The notes: generated by a model not told the origin, from the letters alone. 64,000 bases of DNA from an uncultured Tateyamaria sp. (GCA_905480645.1 CAJQRC010000001.1:10437-74436), one strand, 5' to 3'. Numbered from the stretch's first letter, positions 50,751 to 62,301 are shown. Numbers and translations: made by a program.

Positions 50751-51106
50751 GGCGACCACCTGCTTTCTCACCAGTTTATGAAGAATATTTAGGGAAGAAA
50801 TTTGCGTCTATAATAATATTTATTTGGTAAAACTATAGAAGCTATAGTTAAACTTTCGTTCGGCTAAAAACCAAAAAATAAATCGTTTCTAATCAAATAA
50901 ATATTTTGGATAGCCATTTACTATGTACATCTCCTCACCATACTGTCTTTTATTCGTTATTATAGTCAATCTATAGTCTGCAAGACTGCAAAAAATTGAA
51001 AGTCTTTTATTGACTAAAAGTACCTTGTATGTCGACCTTTGTCTTGTCGCCCTGCTCCTCGCAGTTTAAAGGCTTGATCAAAATCATAAATGCAAAAGGT
51101 ACTGCC

Positions 51107-52411
51107 ATGATCCAGCGTTATTCCCGTCCTGACATGGTTGCTATTTGGGCTCCCGCGACAAAATTCCAGATCTGGTATGAGATTGAAGCGCACGCTTGTG
51201 ACGCCATGGCCGATCTTGGAGTTATCCCACGCGCCAATGCAGACGCTGTATGGCAAGCAAAAGATGTAGAATTTGACGTCGCTAGAATTGACGAAATTGA
51301 GGCAGTGACAAAGCATGATGTTATCGCCTTTTTAACCCATCTAGCCGAACATATCGGCAATGATGAGGCCCGTTTCGTGCATCAAGGGATGACATCATCG
51401 GATGTATTAGACACATGCTTTAACGTACAGTTAACACGTGCCGCTGATCTTTTGATCGCAGATATCCAACATCTGCTTCAATCATTAAAGCGCCGTGCAT
51501 TTGAGCACAAACACACCATCCGCATCGGGCGCAGTCATGGCATTCATGCCGAGCCAACCACCATGGGTCTAACCTTTGCTCGCTTTTATGCTGAAATGGA
51601 CCGTAATCTCTCCCGAATGCGTGATGCTCGAGCTGAAATTTCTACTGGCGCTATTTCAGGCGCTGTGGGTACTTTTGCAAATATTGACCCAGCTGTTGAA
51701 GAACATGTATGCAACAAACTCGGTCTGGTGCCAGAGCCAATAAGCACACAAGTAATTCCTCGTGATCGGCATGCTGCTTTCTTCGCCACGTTAGGTGTAA
51801 TCGGCTCTTCCATCGAGAATATTGCCACTGAAATACGCCATATGCAACGAACCGAAGTGTTGGAGGCTGAAGAATTTTTTTCTGCTGGCCAAAAAGGTTC
51901 AAGCGCAATGCCACATAAACGAAACCCAATACTGACGGAAAACCTAACCGGGCTAGCGCGCCTGATCCGAATGGCCGTTGTACCGGCAATGGAAAATGTT
52001 ACGTTATGGCATGAACGTGATATTTCTCATTCTTCAGTTGAAAGAAATATTGGCCCAGACACAACAATCACATTAGATTTCGCATTATCGCGCTTAACAT
52101 CAGTGGTAGATAATTTAGTTGTGTACCCCAATAATATGATAGCAAATATGAATAAATTCCGTGGGCTGATAATGAGCCAACGTGTCTTGTTAGCCCTAAC
52201 GCAAGCAGGCATTAGCCGCGAAGACTCATATAAACTAGTGCAGCGCAATGCCATGAAAGTTTGGGAGGAAGGAAAAGATTTTCAGACTGAGCTTCTTGCA
52301 GATACTGATGTTCTTGCTGCTTTGTCACCCCAAGAAATCGAAGAAAAATTCAATTTAGAATATCATACAAAACACGTTGACACAATTTTCAAACGGGTCT
52401 TTGGCGAATAA
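51107..52411 (+). CDS. purB: Adenylosuccinate lyase
   Basis: MIQRYSRPDM...; GMTSSDVLDT; SSAMPHKRNP signature. The start is moved from 51029 to ATG 51107. Confidence 0.95.
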   Translation: MIQRYSRPDMVAIWAPATKFQIWYEIEAHACDAMADLGVIPRANADAVWQAKDVEFDVARIDEIEAVTKHDVIAFLTHLAEHIGNDEARFVHQGMTSSDVLDTCFNVQLTRAADLLIADIQHLLQSLKRRAFEHKHTIRIGRSHGIHAEPTTMGLTFARFYAEMDRNLSRMRDARAEISTGAISGAVGTFANIDPAVEEHVCNKLGLVPEPISTQVIPRDRHAAFFATLGVIGSSIENIATEIRHMQRTEVLEAEEFFSAGQKGSSAMPHKRNPILTENLTGLARLIRMAVVPAMENVTLWHERDISHSSVERNIGPDTTITLDFALSRLTSVVDNLVVYPNNMIANMNKFRGLIMSQRVLLALTQAGISREDSYKLVQRNAMKVWEEGKDFQTELLADTDVLAALSPQEIEEKFNLEYHTKHVDTIFKRVFGE

Positions 52412-52668
52412 TACATTTCACAATTCTTAGGAGAAATACTAAAGAAGGCGCCCCGCAGTAAAATTTTACCATACTGAAAATTTACCAAGTTCAGCTTTTT
52501 CTAAAATGATCATTCTACAAAGCTAGTAAGCTAAATCCACCACTTCGGCGCTCTGGAGGCACACTTTAATATTTTTCATACAATAATTTGGAGCTTCGAG
52601 TTGTTTGCACAAAAAAAAAGCTTTAAAGATGCTGCAGCTGCACAATATCGCCCGAAGGTTACTGTATA

Positions 52669-55600
52669 ATGCCAAAATTCAAAAAAATTCTAATCGCTAA
52701 TCGCGGAGAAATCGCCATTCGCATTATGCGCGCAGCCAACGAAATGGGTAAGAAAACAGTCGCTGTATTTGCAGAAGAAGACAAGTTGGGATTACACCGT
52801 TTTAAAGCTGATGAAGCGTATCGAATTGGAAAAAACCTTGGTCCTGTGGCAGCCTACCTGAGTATTGATGAGATGATCCGTGTGGCTCGTGAAAGCGGTT
52901 CAGATGCCATTCATCCAGGTTACGGTCTGTTATCAGAAAACCCGGAATTTGTTGATGCATGCGAAAAAAATGGCATAACTTTTATTGGCCCAAAATCGGA
53001 AACTATGCGCGCGCTTGGTGACAAAGCCAGCGCACGCCGGGTCGCCATGGAAGCAGGTGTTCCAGTTATCCCAGCTACTGAAGTATTGGGAACCGACATT
53101 ACCGCAATCAAAGCAGAAGCCAACACTGTGGGATACCCGCTGATGCTAAAGGCTTCCTGGGGGGGCGGAGGGCGAGGTATGCGCCCAATAATGACGGAAG
53201 CCGAAGTTGAGGAAAAAGTACTGGAAGGCCGCAGAGAAGCAGAGGCCGCATTTGGAAACGGTGAAGGCTACCTGGAGAAAATGATCCAGCGTGCTCGACA
53301 TGTCGAAGTGCAAATTCTTGGTGATAAGCACGGCGGAATGTATCACTTATTCGAGCGTGATTGTTCAGTACAGCGGCGCAACCAAAAAGTTGTGGAGCGT
53401 GCTCCCGCACCCTATCTCACCAATAAGCAACGCGAAGAAATATGCAGGCTTGGCTACAAGATCTGTAAACACGTGAATTACGAATGCGCAGGCACAGTTG
53501 AATTCTTGATGGATATGAATGATGAAAAATTCTATTTCATTGAGGTTAATCCAAGGGTTCAGGTCGAACACACTGTCACTGAAGAAGTCACGGGGATAGA
53601 TATTGTCCAAGCTCAGATTTTGATTGCTGAAGGTAAAACTATTCAAGAAGCTACTGGCAAACCCACACAAAACGATGTGATTTTAAACGGGCATGCCCTA
53701 CAAACACGGATTACGACAGAAGATCCGCAAAATAATTTCATACCCGACTATGGTAGGATCACCGCCTACCGAGAGGCAAATGGCATGGGCATTCGCCTAG
53801 ACGGTGGTACAGCGTATGCTGGAGGGGTAATTACACGCTACTATGACAGTCTTTTGACTAAGGTCACAGCAAAGGCCCCAACACCCGAAATGGCCATTGC
53901 CCGCATGGACCGTGCATTGCGCGAATTCCGTATTCGGGGTGTTTCAACGAACATCGCTTTTGTTGAAAATCTCCTGAAGCACCCAACCTTTTTAAATAAC
54001 GAATACACTACAAAATTTATTGACGAAACACCCAAACTTTTTCAGTTTCCTAAAAGGCGTGATCGTGGCACAAAAGTTCTTACCTACATTGCTGATATTA
54101 CTGTCAACGGGCACCCAGAGGTAAAAGATCGTCCTCGTCCGCGAGCCGACCTGAAAAACCCCAAGGTTCCAGAATCCAAATCTGATGCACAAATGGGTAC
54201 CCGCAACCTATTGGAGCAAAAAGGTCCAAAGGCCGTGGCTGATTGGATGAAAACGCAGAAACAACTCTTGATTACAGACACTACGATGCGAGATGGGCAT
54301 CAGTCCTTGTTAGCCACACGCATGCGAAGCCATGATATGATCAAGATTGCCCCAGTCTATGCATCAAACCTTCCACATTTGTTTTCTGTAGAATGCTGGG
54401 GGGGTGCAACGTTCGATGTCGCCTATCGATTTTTACAAGAATGCCCTTGGCAACGTTTGCGAGACATACGTGAACATATGCCTAATATAATGACTCAGAT
54501 GCTGCTGCGTGGTGCTAACGGCGTTGGCTATACAAATTATCCGGATAATGTGGTACAGGAATTTGTCCGTGTAGCGGCACAAACTGGTATTGATGTCTTT
54601 CGCGTTTTTGATAGCCTTAATTGGGTGGAAAACATGCGCGTCGCTATGGATGCAGTGCAAGAGCAAAACAAAATCTGTGAAGGTTCAATCTGCTACACTG
54701 GCGACATTATCAATCCAGAACGCGCCAAATATGATCTCAAATACTACATCAATATGGGAAACCAACTTAAAGATGCAGGGGCTCATGTTTTAGGTCTAAA
54801 GGATATGGCTGGCTTGTTAAAACCAGCAGCTGCACGGGTTCTAGTACGCGCATTGAAACAAGAAGTCGGATTGCCTATTCACTTCCACACTCATGATACT
54901 GCAGGCGTAGCCTGCGCCACTATTATAGCTGCCGCAGAAGCAGGAGTTGATGCTGTTGACTGTGCTATGGATGCTCTATCCGGCAACACTTCTCAAGCCA
55001 CTTTTGGGTCAATAGTAGAAGCTCTTCAAAACTCAGATCGTGACACAGGCATTGATATCAACTCTATTCGCGACATATCAGATTATTGGAGTTCCGTGCG
55101 ATCTCAATATGCCGCTTTCGAAAGCGGCATGCAAGCTCCAAGCTCTGAAGTATATCTACACGAAATGCCCGGGGGCCAGTTCACAAATCTTAGAGCACAA
55201 GCTCAATCTATGGGCTTGGAAGAACGCTGGCATGACGTGGCGCAAACCTATGCGCATGTTAACCAGATGTTTGGCGATATCGTAAAAGTTACGCCTTCGT
55301 CAAAGGTGGTCGGAGATATGGCTCTGATGATGGTAAGCCAAAACTTAACCCGTACAGAAGTCGAAGATCCCAACACCGAAGTCGCCTTTCCAGACTCCGT
55401 CATTGATATGATGCGCGGCAATCTAGGACAACCGCCAGGTGGCTTCCCCGCTGGGATTCAGGGCAAAGCTTTAAAAGGCGAAGAACCAAATACTGGGCGC
55501 CCAGGCGCTGCCTTGCCTTCTGTTAACCTAGAAGAAGCACGGGTAGATCTTTCCGCACAAATGAACGGCCGGGAGATTGATGATGAAGACCTCAGCGGCT

Positions 55601-56109
55601 ATCTTATGTATCCAAAAGTTTTTCTAGACTACATGGGGCGTCATCGTATCTACGGACCAGTCCGAGTACTCCCGACAAAAACATTTTTCTATGGCATGCA
55701 ACCGGGTGAAGAAATCACTGCAGAAATCGACCCAGGCAAGACATTAGAAATTCGCCTGCAGGCTGTCGGTGAAACTAATCAAGATGGTGAGATTAAGGTA
55801 TTCTTTGAGCTCAACGGTCAGCCTCGCGTCATTAGAGTACCAAACCGACTGGTAAAATCTACGACAGCCAAACGTCCCAAAGTGGAAGATGAAAACGAAA
55901 ATCAAATCGGTGCACCAATGCCCGGTGTGGTCGCATCTGTAGTAGTAGAAAAAGGACAAAAAGTGTCTGAAGGTGACCTGTTGCTTACCATCGAGGCGAT
56001 GAAAATGGAAACTGGTATCCACGCAGAACGTGATGCGTCAGTTAAAACAGTTCACGTGAGTCCTGGGGACCAGATCGATGCTAAAGACCTTTTAGTCGAA
56101 TTAGATTAA
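52669..56109 (+). CDS. pyc: Pyruvate carboxylase
   Basis: 1146 aa with biotin carboxylase, carboxyltransferase (TTMRDGHQS) and biotinyl (EAMKMET) domains. Confidence 0.97.
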   Translation: MPKFKKILIANRGEIAIRIMRAANEMGKKTVAVFAEEDKLGLHRFKADEAYRIGKNLGPVAAYLSIDEMIRVARESGSDAIHPGYGLLSENPEFVDACEKNGITFIGPKSETMRALGDKASARRVAMEAGVPVIPATEVLGTDITAIKAEANTVGYPLMLKASWGGGGRGMRPIMTEAEVEEKVLEGRREAEAAFGNGEGYLEKMIQRARHVEVQILGDKHGGMYHLFERDCSVQRRNQKVVERAPAPYLTNKQREEICRLGYKICKHVNYECAGTVEFLMDMNDEKFYFIEVNPRVQVEHTVTEEVTGIDIVQAQILIAEGKTIQEATGKPTQNDVILNGHALQTRITTEDPQNNFIPDYGRITAYREANGMGIRLDGGTAYAGGVITRYYDSLLTKVTAKAPTPEMAIARMDRALREFRIRGVSTNIAFVENLLKHPTFLNNEYTTKFIDETPKLFQFPKRRDRGTKVLTYIADITVNGHPEVKDRPRPRADLKNPKVPESKSDAQMGTRNLLEQKGPKAVADWMKTQKQLLITDTTMRDGHQSLLATRMRSHDMIKIAPVYASNLPHLFSVECWGGATFDVAYRFLQECPWQRLRDIREHMPNIMTQMLLRGANGVGYTNYPDNVVQEFVRVAAQTGIDVFRVFDSLNWVENMRVAMDAVQEQNKICEGSICYTGDIINPERAKYDLKYYINMGNQLKDAGAHVLGLKDMAGLLKPAAARVLVRALKQEVGLPIHFHTHDTAGVACATIIAAAEAGVDAVDCAMDALSGNTSQATFGSIVEALQNSDRDTGIDINSIRDISDYWSSVRSQYAAFESGMQAPSSEVYLHEMPGGQFTNLRAQAQSMGLEERWHDVAQTYAHVNQMFGDIVKVTPSSKVVGDMALMMVSQNLTRTEVEDPNTEVAFPDSVIDMMRGNLGQPPGGFPAGIQGKALKGEEPNTGRPGAALPSVNLEEARVDLSAQMNGREIDDEDLSGYLMYPKVFLDYMGRHRIYGPVRVLPTKTFFYGMQPGEEITAEIDPGKTLEIRLQAVGETNQDGEIKVFFELNGQPRVIRVPNRLVKSTTAKRPKVEDENENQIGAPMPGVVASVVVEKGQKVSEGDLLLTIEAMKMETGIHAERDASVKTVHVSPGDQIDAKDLLVELD

Positions 56110-56450
56110 CCTGATAACAGTATTATGGTCATTTCTTATCCACAAAGCCGACCATACAAAATTATCCAAGGTGCAGAACCTCTGACCCATCAAACTAGGA
56201 TAAATGGCTTAGATCTTTGTAATTTACCCAAGTCTGCTGACTCGGTAAAATATTACCAATCACTATATGTTAAAGTAAAATGCCTTCCAATAGATTGGAA
56301 AAGTAGACAACTAGCTACAGCAGCAATTTTGATTAATTTGTCCGATTAAACATTAGTTTTTTCAAACCTAGAATTAAAAAACTTCTACTACCAGAGATTT
56401 TTCCCTTGCAGGTTCGCGCATGGGTAAGTATCCCCAGCGCATCCAAGGAT

Positions 56451-56525
56451 GCGGGCGTAGCTCAGGGGTAGAGCATAACCTTGCCAAGGTTAGGGTCGGG
56501 CGTTCGAATCGCCTCGCCCGCTCCA
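56451..56525 (+). tRNA. tRNA-Gly (anticodon GCC), CCA encoded
   Basis: Hand-folded: acceptor GCGGGCG/CGCCCGC, anticodon stem TAACC/GGTTA with loop TTGCCAA, T-loop TTCGAAT. Confidence 0.93.
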
Positions 56526-56617
56526 TTGGAAAAACCATATGATTTCTATCATAGGGTGGCATTGTACGACCTTGAACAATTCACCGAAGACATAGTTACA
56601 TAACTGAATTGGATGCT

Positions 56618-56643
56618 AAAGGCATCGCGGTTAAGCGATGCCT
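56618..56643. terminator. Perfect 10-bp stem hairpin (AAGGCATCGC-GGTTAA-GCGATGCCTT) between convergent tRNA-Gly and gcvP
   Basis: Read directly. No strong T-tract on either side, so it may be a bidirectional terminator or only an RNA-stabilising hairpin. Confidence 0.5.
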
Positions 56644-56731
56644 TGCTTGAGGGCCCAAAAATACATCTGAATATTAAGCCCGTTATTATTGCAGTAGCAA
56701 GAGCGTGACACTTTAAAACCAATGCTTTTAT

Positions 56732-59563
56732 TCATCCATAAGCTTCCATCGGAGGGCAAGTGCACGTTAAATTTCTATCGCCCCAAACGTTATCAACACG
56801 ATTGACAGGTGGCCAATATTTATCAACCCTAAAAGCTCCTGGCGGAAAACAACCTGCTTCGCGCGAATAAGGGCGATCCCACTCTTTCACCAAATCTTCC
56901 ATTGTGTGCGGTGCATTTTTCAATGCATTATTATCACGATCACTGTGACCATTCTCAATTTCAGAAATTTCTTTCCTGATAGCTAGCATGGCATCGCAAA
57001 AACGATCTAACTCAGCCTTTGTTTCAGATTCTGTAGGTTCTATCATTAAAGTACCCGAGACTGGAAAACTCATAGTCGGCGCATGAAATCCACAATCCAT
57101 CAACCGTTTGGCAATATCATCTACAGTTACTCCAGCACTTTTTTCAAAAGGACGTGTATCAATTATACATTCATGTGCAACTCGACCGCTTGGCCCTTTA
57201 TAAAGAACTTCAAACGCACCTTTGAGGCGTTCTGCTACGTAGTTTGCAGCAAGAATGGCAACCCGCGTGGTCTGGGTCAGTCCTTCTCCTCCCATCATCA
57301 AACAGTAAGCCCAAGAAATAGGTAACAAAGACGGAGATCCAAAAGCCGCAGAAGAAACTGCTCCTTCTCCAGTTGCCGGGTCGCCAGGCAAATGAGGAAC
57401 TAAGTGGGATTTTACACCTATAGGTCCCATGCCTGGCCCCCCGCCACCATGCGGGATGCAAAATGTTTTATGGAGGTTAAGGTGGCTTACATCGCCACCT
57501 AAATCACCTGGACGGGACAAACCGACCATCGCATTCATGTTGGCTCCATCAATATACACCTGACCCCCATGACCGTGCACAATATCACAGATATCGAGTA
57601 CAGTTTCTTCAAAAACGCCATGGGTTGACGGGTATGTGATCATACAACCGGCAAGATTATCAGAGTGAAAAGTGGCCTTGGCACGAAAATCCTCTATATC
57701 TATGTCACCGTTTTCGGCCGTTAGAACAGGGACGACTTTCCAACCTACCATATTAGCCGAAGCAGGGTTTGTTCCATGTGCCGACATTGGAATGAGACAA
57801 ATATCTCTATGGCCCTGCCCCTGAGCCCGATGAAAGCTTGCAATGCTTAACAAGCCTGCAAACTCACCTTGAGCACCCGAATTAGGCTGCATAGAGATCG
57901 CATCATAGCCAGTCACGTCACACAGCTTGGCGGAAAGGTCCTCAATCATTTCCATATAACCCGCTGCCTGATCACGAGGCACATATGGGTGTAAAAGCGA
58001 AAATGCATCCCAACTGACCGACATCATTTCAGCTGCCGAATTAAGTTTCATAGTACACGAGCCAAGTGGAATCATTGCACGATCGAGAGCTAAATCACGA
58101 TCAGCAAGGCGACGCATGTATCTCATCATCTCTGTTTCAGCCCTATTGAGGTGGAAAATGGGATGGGTCAGATATTCAGACGTTCGCAACAAATTGTCTG
58201 GCAAACGATATTCGGCCGTCTGCCCAGGGTGACGATCCATCACTCCAAACGCGCGCCAAACTTGTTCAAGAGTTTCGGTACCAGTTCGCTCATCTAATGT
58301 TATCCCAATCTTAGTATTGCCAACAGATCGCAGATTTACACCCTCATGAACCCCTGATTGCATTATCACCTGCTGAGCAGGACCAACCTCAACCGTAATT
58401 GTATCAAAAAAATTCTTTGGGCCCACCTCAAAACCGGCGCCTTCCAGTCCACGCGCCAAACGTGTAGTTTTACGATGGATACGTTGTGCAATAGCTCTAA
58501 GCCCCTTGGGACCATGAAAGATAGCATAAAAACCAGCCATCACAGCTAACAAAGCCTGCGCCGTACATACATTAGAAGTCGCTTTTTCACGACGAATATG
58601 CTGCTCGCGAGTTTGTAATGACAGCCGATAAGCACGGTTGCCATGACTATCAACTGACACCCCAACAATACGCCCCGGCATAGAACGAGCTAAATTTTGT
58701 TTAGTCGCCATGTAGGCAGCGTGCGGCCCACCAAACCCCACGGGCACACCAAAGCGCTGCGTGGTCCCCACTGCAATATCTGCCCCCATTGCACCCGGTT
58801 CTTTAAGCAAAGTTAGCGATAAAGGGTCTGCAGAAATAATTCCAATGGCCTTTGTTTCATGCAATTTAGAAATTTCAAAACTAAAGTCGCGTAGATGACC
58901 ATAAGTCCCAGGATATTGAAAGATTGCTCCAAATACATTTGAAGCATCCAGTTCATCTGGCGATCCAATAATCAACTCGATCCCCAAAGGTGCAGCCCTC
59001 GTTTTCATAACTGCTATATTTTGCGGATGACAATTTTCATCAACAAAAAACGCTTTAGCTTTTGACTTTGAAACTCGTTGCGCCATTGTCATCGCCTCTG
59101 CGCAGGCTGTGGCCTCGTCCAAAAGAGACGCGTTAGCAATATCAAGTCCAGTTAAATCAGACACCATCGTTTGAAAGTTCAAAAGTGCCTCAAGTCGGCC
59201 TTGCGAAATCTCAGGTTGATATGGAGTGTAAGCAGTATACCAAGCAGGATTTTCGAAAATATTGCGCTGAATTGCCGGTGGAGTAACCGTGCCGTGATAT
59301 CCTTGCCCAATCAATGACGTTAAGACTTTGTTCTTAGAAGCAGTTGCTTTCATATGCTCTAATAAAGCACGCTCGGACAATGGTCGGCCAAAATTTAAAG
59401 GAGACGATTGCCTAATTTTGGCTGGGACTGCTTCCGATATGAGAGTTTCTAAATTTAAAGCCCCCACAACTTTAAGCATTTCCCCCATTTCAGCAGGGGA
59501 AGGCCCAATATGACGAAGATTTGCGAAATCATAAGGTAGATAGTCTATCGGTGTAAAAGTCAT
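56732..59563 (-). CDS. gcvP: Glycine dehydrogenase (decarboxylating), glycine cleavage P protein
   Basis: 943 aa single-chain P protein. PLP-lysine context [19 protein letters not shown]. Confidence 0.97.
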   Translation of the reverse strand: MTFTPIDYLPYDFANLRHIGPSPAEMGEMLKVVGALNLETLISEAVPAKIRQSSPLNFGRPLSERALLEHMKATASKNKVLTSLIGQGYHGTVTPPAIQRNIFENPAWYTAYTPYQPEISQGRLEALLNFQTMVSDLTGLDIANASLLDEATACAEAMTMAQRVSKSKAKAFFVDENCHPQNIAVMKTRAAPLGIELIIGSPDELDASNVFGAIFQYPGTYGHLRDFSFEISKLHETKAIGIISADPLSLTLLKEPGAMGADIAVGTTQRFGVPVGFGGPHAAYMATKQNLARSMPGRIVGVSVDSHGNRAYRLSLQTREQHIRREKATSNVCTAQALLAVMAGFYAIFHGPKGLRAIAQRIHRKTTRLARGLEGAGFEVGPKNFFDTITVEVGPAQQVIMQSGVHEGVNLRSVGNTKIGITLDERTGTETLEQVWRAFGVMDRHPGQTAEYRLPDNLLRTSEYLTHPIFHLNRAETEMMRYMRRLADRDLALDRAMIPLGSCTMKLNSAAEMMSVSWDAFSLLHPYVPRDQAAGYMEMIEDLSAKLCDVTGYDAISMQPNSGAQGEFAGLLSIASFHRAQGQGHRDICLIPMSAHGTNPASANMVGWKVVPVLTAENGDIDIEDFRAKATFHSDNLAGCMITYPSTHGVFEETVLDICDIVHGHGGQVYIDGANMNAMVGLSRPGDLGGDVSHLNLHKTFCIPHGGGGPGMGPIGVKSHLVPHLPGDPATGEGAVSSAAFGSPSLLPISWAYCLMMGGEGLTQTTRVAILAANYVAERLKGAFEVLYKGPSGRVAHECIIDTRPFEKSAGVTVDDIAKRLMDCGFHAPTMSFPVSGTLMIEPTESETKAELDRFCDAMLAIRKEISEIENGHSDRDNNALKNAPHTMEDLVKEWDRPYSREAGCFPPGAFRVDKYWPPVNRVDNVWGDRNLTCTCPPMEAYG

Positions 59564-59578
59564 TTAGAATTCCTGCGG

Positions 59579-59938
59579 TTAAGCGATGTGGGCTTGGTAT
59601 GCAGCCTCACTCATATATTCATCCATTTGGCTGGTATCAGATGGAGCAATTTTTACAAACCAGCCATCACCTACGGCGTCTTCGTTTACTAGTGCCGGAT
59701 TATCGGCCAATGCCTCATTGATTTCAATAATTTCACCATCAATCGGAGCTAGTATATCAGAAGCTGCTTTAACGCTTTCAATAACAACAATCTCTTCATC
59801 TTTCGTCACTACGGTGCCGACTTCGGGCAGCTCGACAAATACGAGATCTCCCAATTGTGTGGTTGCATGCTCAGTTATACCAACGACTACCACGTCACCA
59901 TCTGTGCGCAGCCATTCATGTTCTTCAGTGAATTTCAT
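59579..59938 (-). CDS. gcvH: Glycine cleavage system H protein
   Basis: FTEEHEWL...; lipoyl-lysine motif VIESVKAASD. Confidence 0.95.
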   Translation of the reverse strand: MKFTEEHEWLRTDGDVVVVGITEHATTQLGDLVFVELPEVGTVVTKDEEIVVIESVKAASDILAPIDGEIIEINEALADNPALVNEDAVGDGWFVKIAPSDTSQMDEYMSEAAYQAHIA

Positions 59939-59953
59939 AGTGTAGCGTCCTTA

Positions 59954-61075
59954 TTATCGTTTAAAATTTGCAGGTATAAATGGCATTTTCACAACATTTA
60001 ATGGTAATCTGCTACCTCGGAGTTCACCGAAAACTTGCGTGCCAACAGTTGCATAGTCGGTGGCGAGGTATCCCATGGCGACCGGCGAACCCACTGTTGG
60101 GCCAAAACCACCAGATGTGATCACACCAATAGACGGTTTATCCTCTTGGGATGCATAAAGTTTCACACCTTCACGCATAGGCGCGCGGCCCGAGGGCAAG
60201 AGCCCTACTCGCTTTCGTTTTGTCCCAGAATCAAGTTGTCTTAAAATGGTATTTGCACCTGGAAAACCGCCAGACCGATAACCACCCAAGCGTCGCACTT
60301 TCGGAATAGCCCAATTCAGAGCCCCCTCAACTGGGGTCGTTGTATCGTCGATATCATGGCCATATAGGCATAATCCACTTTCAAGCCGTAAAGAGTCTCG
60401 AGCTCCAAGGCCGATTGGCTCCACGTCATCATTCTCCAGAAGAGCATTCGCTAAAACAGTCGCATGATCCGCAGATACAGAAATTTCAAATCCGTCTTCT
60501 CCAGTGTAACCGGAGCGTGAAACCCAACATGAGGTACCAACTAAATTTAAAGACTTTACGTCCATAAATCGCATAGATTTTACAGCTGGGTTAAGTGTTG
60601 ACAACGCAATCTCTGCTCTTGGACCTTGTAAAGCCAACAATGCACGGTCTTTGATTTCAGATACTGTGACGTCTGGTAACGCGTTTTGCATGTATGAAAT
60701 ATCAGAGGCTTTGCAAGCACCGTTTACAACAATAAAAACATGATCCCCACGGTTACTAAACATTAGGTCATCTAGAATGCCGCCTTTATCATCAGTCAGA
60801 AAACCGTATCTTTGCCGATCTGGTCCAAGCCCTAAAACATCAACGGGAATTAGCCGCTCAAGAGCAGTTGCAACTGTATCATAGTCCGCTCCACTCACAA
60901 TAACTTGGCCCATATGGCTGACATCAAAAAGACCAGCTTTTTCCCGTGTATGACTATGTTCTTTCATTACACCTGACGGGTATTGGACTGGCAATGAATA
61001 ACCTGCGAACGGCACCATACGTGCCCCAAGTTTTATATGAAGATCATACAATGGAGTGAGCAATGGTTCAGACAT
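59954..61075 (-). CDS. gcvT: Aminomethyltransferase, glycine cleavage T protein
   Basis: TPLYDLHIKLGARMVPFAGYSLPVQY... The start is uncertain among TTG 61087, ATG 61081 and ATG 61075. Confidence 0.93.
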   Translation of the reverse strand: MSEPLLTPLYDLHIKLGARMVPFAGYSLPVQYPSGVMKEHSHTREKAGLFDVSHMGQVIVSGADYDTVATALERLIPVDVLGLGPDRQRYGFLTDDKGGILDDLMFSNRGDHVFIVVNGACKASDISYMQNALPDVTVSEIKDRALLALQGPRAEIALSTLNPAVKSMRFMDVKSLNLVGTSCWVSRSGYTGEDGFEISVSADHATVLANALLENDDVEPIGLGARDSLRLESGLCLYGHDIDDTTTPVEGALNWAIPKVRRLGGYRSGGFPGANTILRQLDSGTKRKRVGLLPSGRAPMREGVKLYASQEDKPSIGVITSGGFGPTVGSPVAMGYLATDYATVGTQVFGELRGSRLPLNVVKMPFIPANFKR

Positions 61076-61159
61076 TAGCATTCCCAACTATCTCGCCGGT
61101 CTGACCAAAACCACATCCGGCACCACGTTAACGACCGGACTACGCCCGCTCGTGTGATG

Positions 61160-61312
61160 CCCCCTCTGTCCGTTCGCCTGAGATCGCTATCCCTTCGGCG
61201 GGTGCCTTTGGCACCACTCTCCAGAGTTTCTTTCCGCTACGTCGGTCCTTGAGCCTGAGAGTTTCCGAGGCGGTTTCTCCTTCGGCACCAGATGACCTGG
61301 TTCTCCCGACGC
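61160..61312 (-). promoter_or_regulatory. Tandem glycine riboswitch (two aptamers) in the gcvT leader
   Basis: Minus strand aptamer 1: cgggagaaccagg..ctggtgccgaaggagaaaccgcc..ctctcaggctcaaggaccg. Aptamer 2: ctctggagagtggtgcc..ggcacccgccgaagggatagcg..atctcaggcgaacggacagag. Both carry the GGAGA...CACCGAAGG...CTCAGGC.A.GGAC core. Confidence 0.85.
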
Positions 61313-61662
61313 GGCGCGTAATAAACTTGTTGCTAAATAAATATCAGACTGAAGTAAAGTAAATGCTATCACGTACTGAATTAAAAAATAAGTAATAGCC
61401 TTTTGACGGTTTTAGGTTAAGCACTTGGCCGTCTCCAAGAACTATACCGCTACGCATATACAGAAAAAATTTAACTGCCATGGATAAAACACTTGAATTG
61501 CTCAAAACTGCCAACCAAATTTGATCTGCAAGAATACCTGGAAAACCCCTCAAAAGAATGGAATTTTCTTGACTCAAGTTAGTTTGGCAATTTGGCGTGA
61601 TTTGGGCAGACTTATGCTTTTAATTGATTTATGATTCCCGAGAACATATAAGGAGATCTTCA

Positions 61663-61857
61663 ATGCGTTTATCAAACACATTAAAAATAATAGGTTCATT
61701 TGCCTTAGTTACATTATTTCTTTTCACCCCAATTAGCCCTGCCAAAGCCGGCAAAGCCCTAGAAGGCGCAGTAATCGGTGCCAGTGTAGGATCACTCGCG
61801 TGCGGCAAGGATTGCGCCAAAAAAGGTGCTGCTATAGGTGCAATAGCCGGTATGTAA
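61663..61857 (+). CDS. Small secreted/lipoprotein-like glycine-zipper protein
   Basis: ATG 61663 follows AAGGAG. Signal peptide, then GKALEGAVIGASVGSLACG..GAAIGAIAGM (GxxxG zipper). Confidence 0.6.
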   Translation: MRLSNTLKIIGSFALVTLFLFTPISPAKAGKALEGAVIGASVGSLACGKDCAKKGAAIGAIAGM

Positions 61858-61908
61858 CCTCGGCCCTTTAATAATCCAACTGATCTTTAACCCGTCAGGG
61901 AGAATGAA

Positions 61909-62283
61909 ATGAAATTTACTAAAACACTATGTGGTATTGCCTTGGCTACAACTTTCGGAACAGGAATTGTCCATGCTGACGAAGAGGCGCAGCAAATGCT
62001 TATGGACGCTATGCCAGTTATGCATTACTCATGCGCAACTATTCTTGCCAAAGCAGATGGCGATGAAGATTTCGTAATTGACGTAGTCAAAAAAATGACT
62101 TTTGTATCATTGTACAACCATTCAATCGACATTAATGATCATGCTAATAGTGACGAAGAAAAAGAAGCTTTGAGAAAAAAATTCATCGGAGAGATCAGAG
62201 TTGGCTGTAATCCAGATAAAAATGCGCTACTAGCTGGGGTCATTGATAGTGCCGTTATGACAACGCTAGGCCTGAGCCAGTAA
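61909..62283 (+). CDS. Hypothetical secreted protein (124 aa)
   Basis: Signal peptide MKFTKTLCGIALATTFGTGIVHA, acidic mature part, two Cys. No family recognised. Confidence 0.6.
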   Translation: MKFTKTLCGIALATTFGTGIVHADEEAQQMLMDAMPVMHYSCATILAKADGDEDFVIDVVKKMTFVSLYNHSIDINDHANSDEEKEALRKKFIGEIRVGCNPDKNALLAGVIDSAVMTTLGLSQ

Positions 62284-62301
62284 AAGACTTCATAATAATA
62301 T

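Noticed and set aside
56125-56349. 74-aa ORF just downstream of pyc
   Set aside because: No RBS and no motif. Its length is within chance expectation for this composition.
56374-56562. 62-aa minus-strand ORF
   Set aside because: It overlaps the well-folded tRNA-Gly(GCC) gene on the opposite strand.
59586-59945. 119-aa plus-strand ORF exactly mirroring gcvH
   Set aside because: A classic antisense shadow of a conserved gene. The Ser/Thr-rich translation shows no motif.
61344-61577. 77-aa TTG-initiated ORF upstream of the glycine riboswitch on the same strand
   Set aside because: No SD, AT-rich sequence, a non-protein-like translation, and an open length that is plausible by chance.
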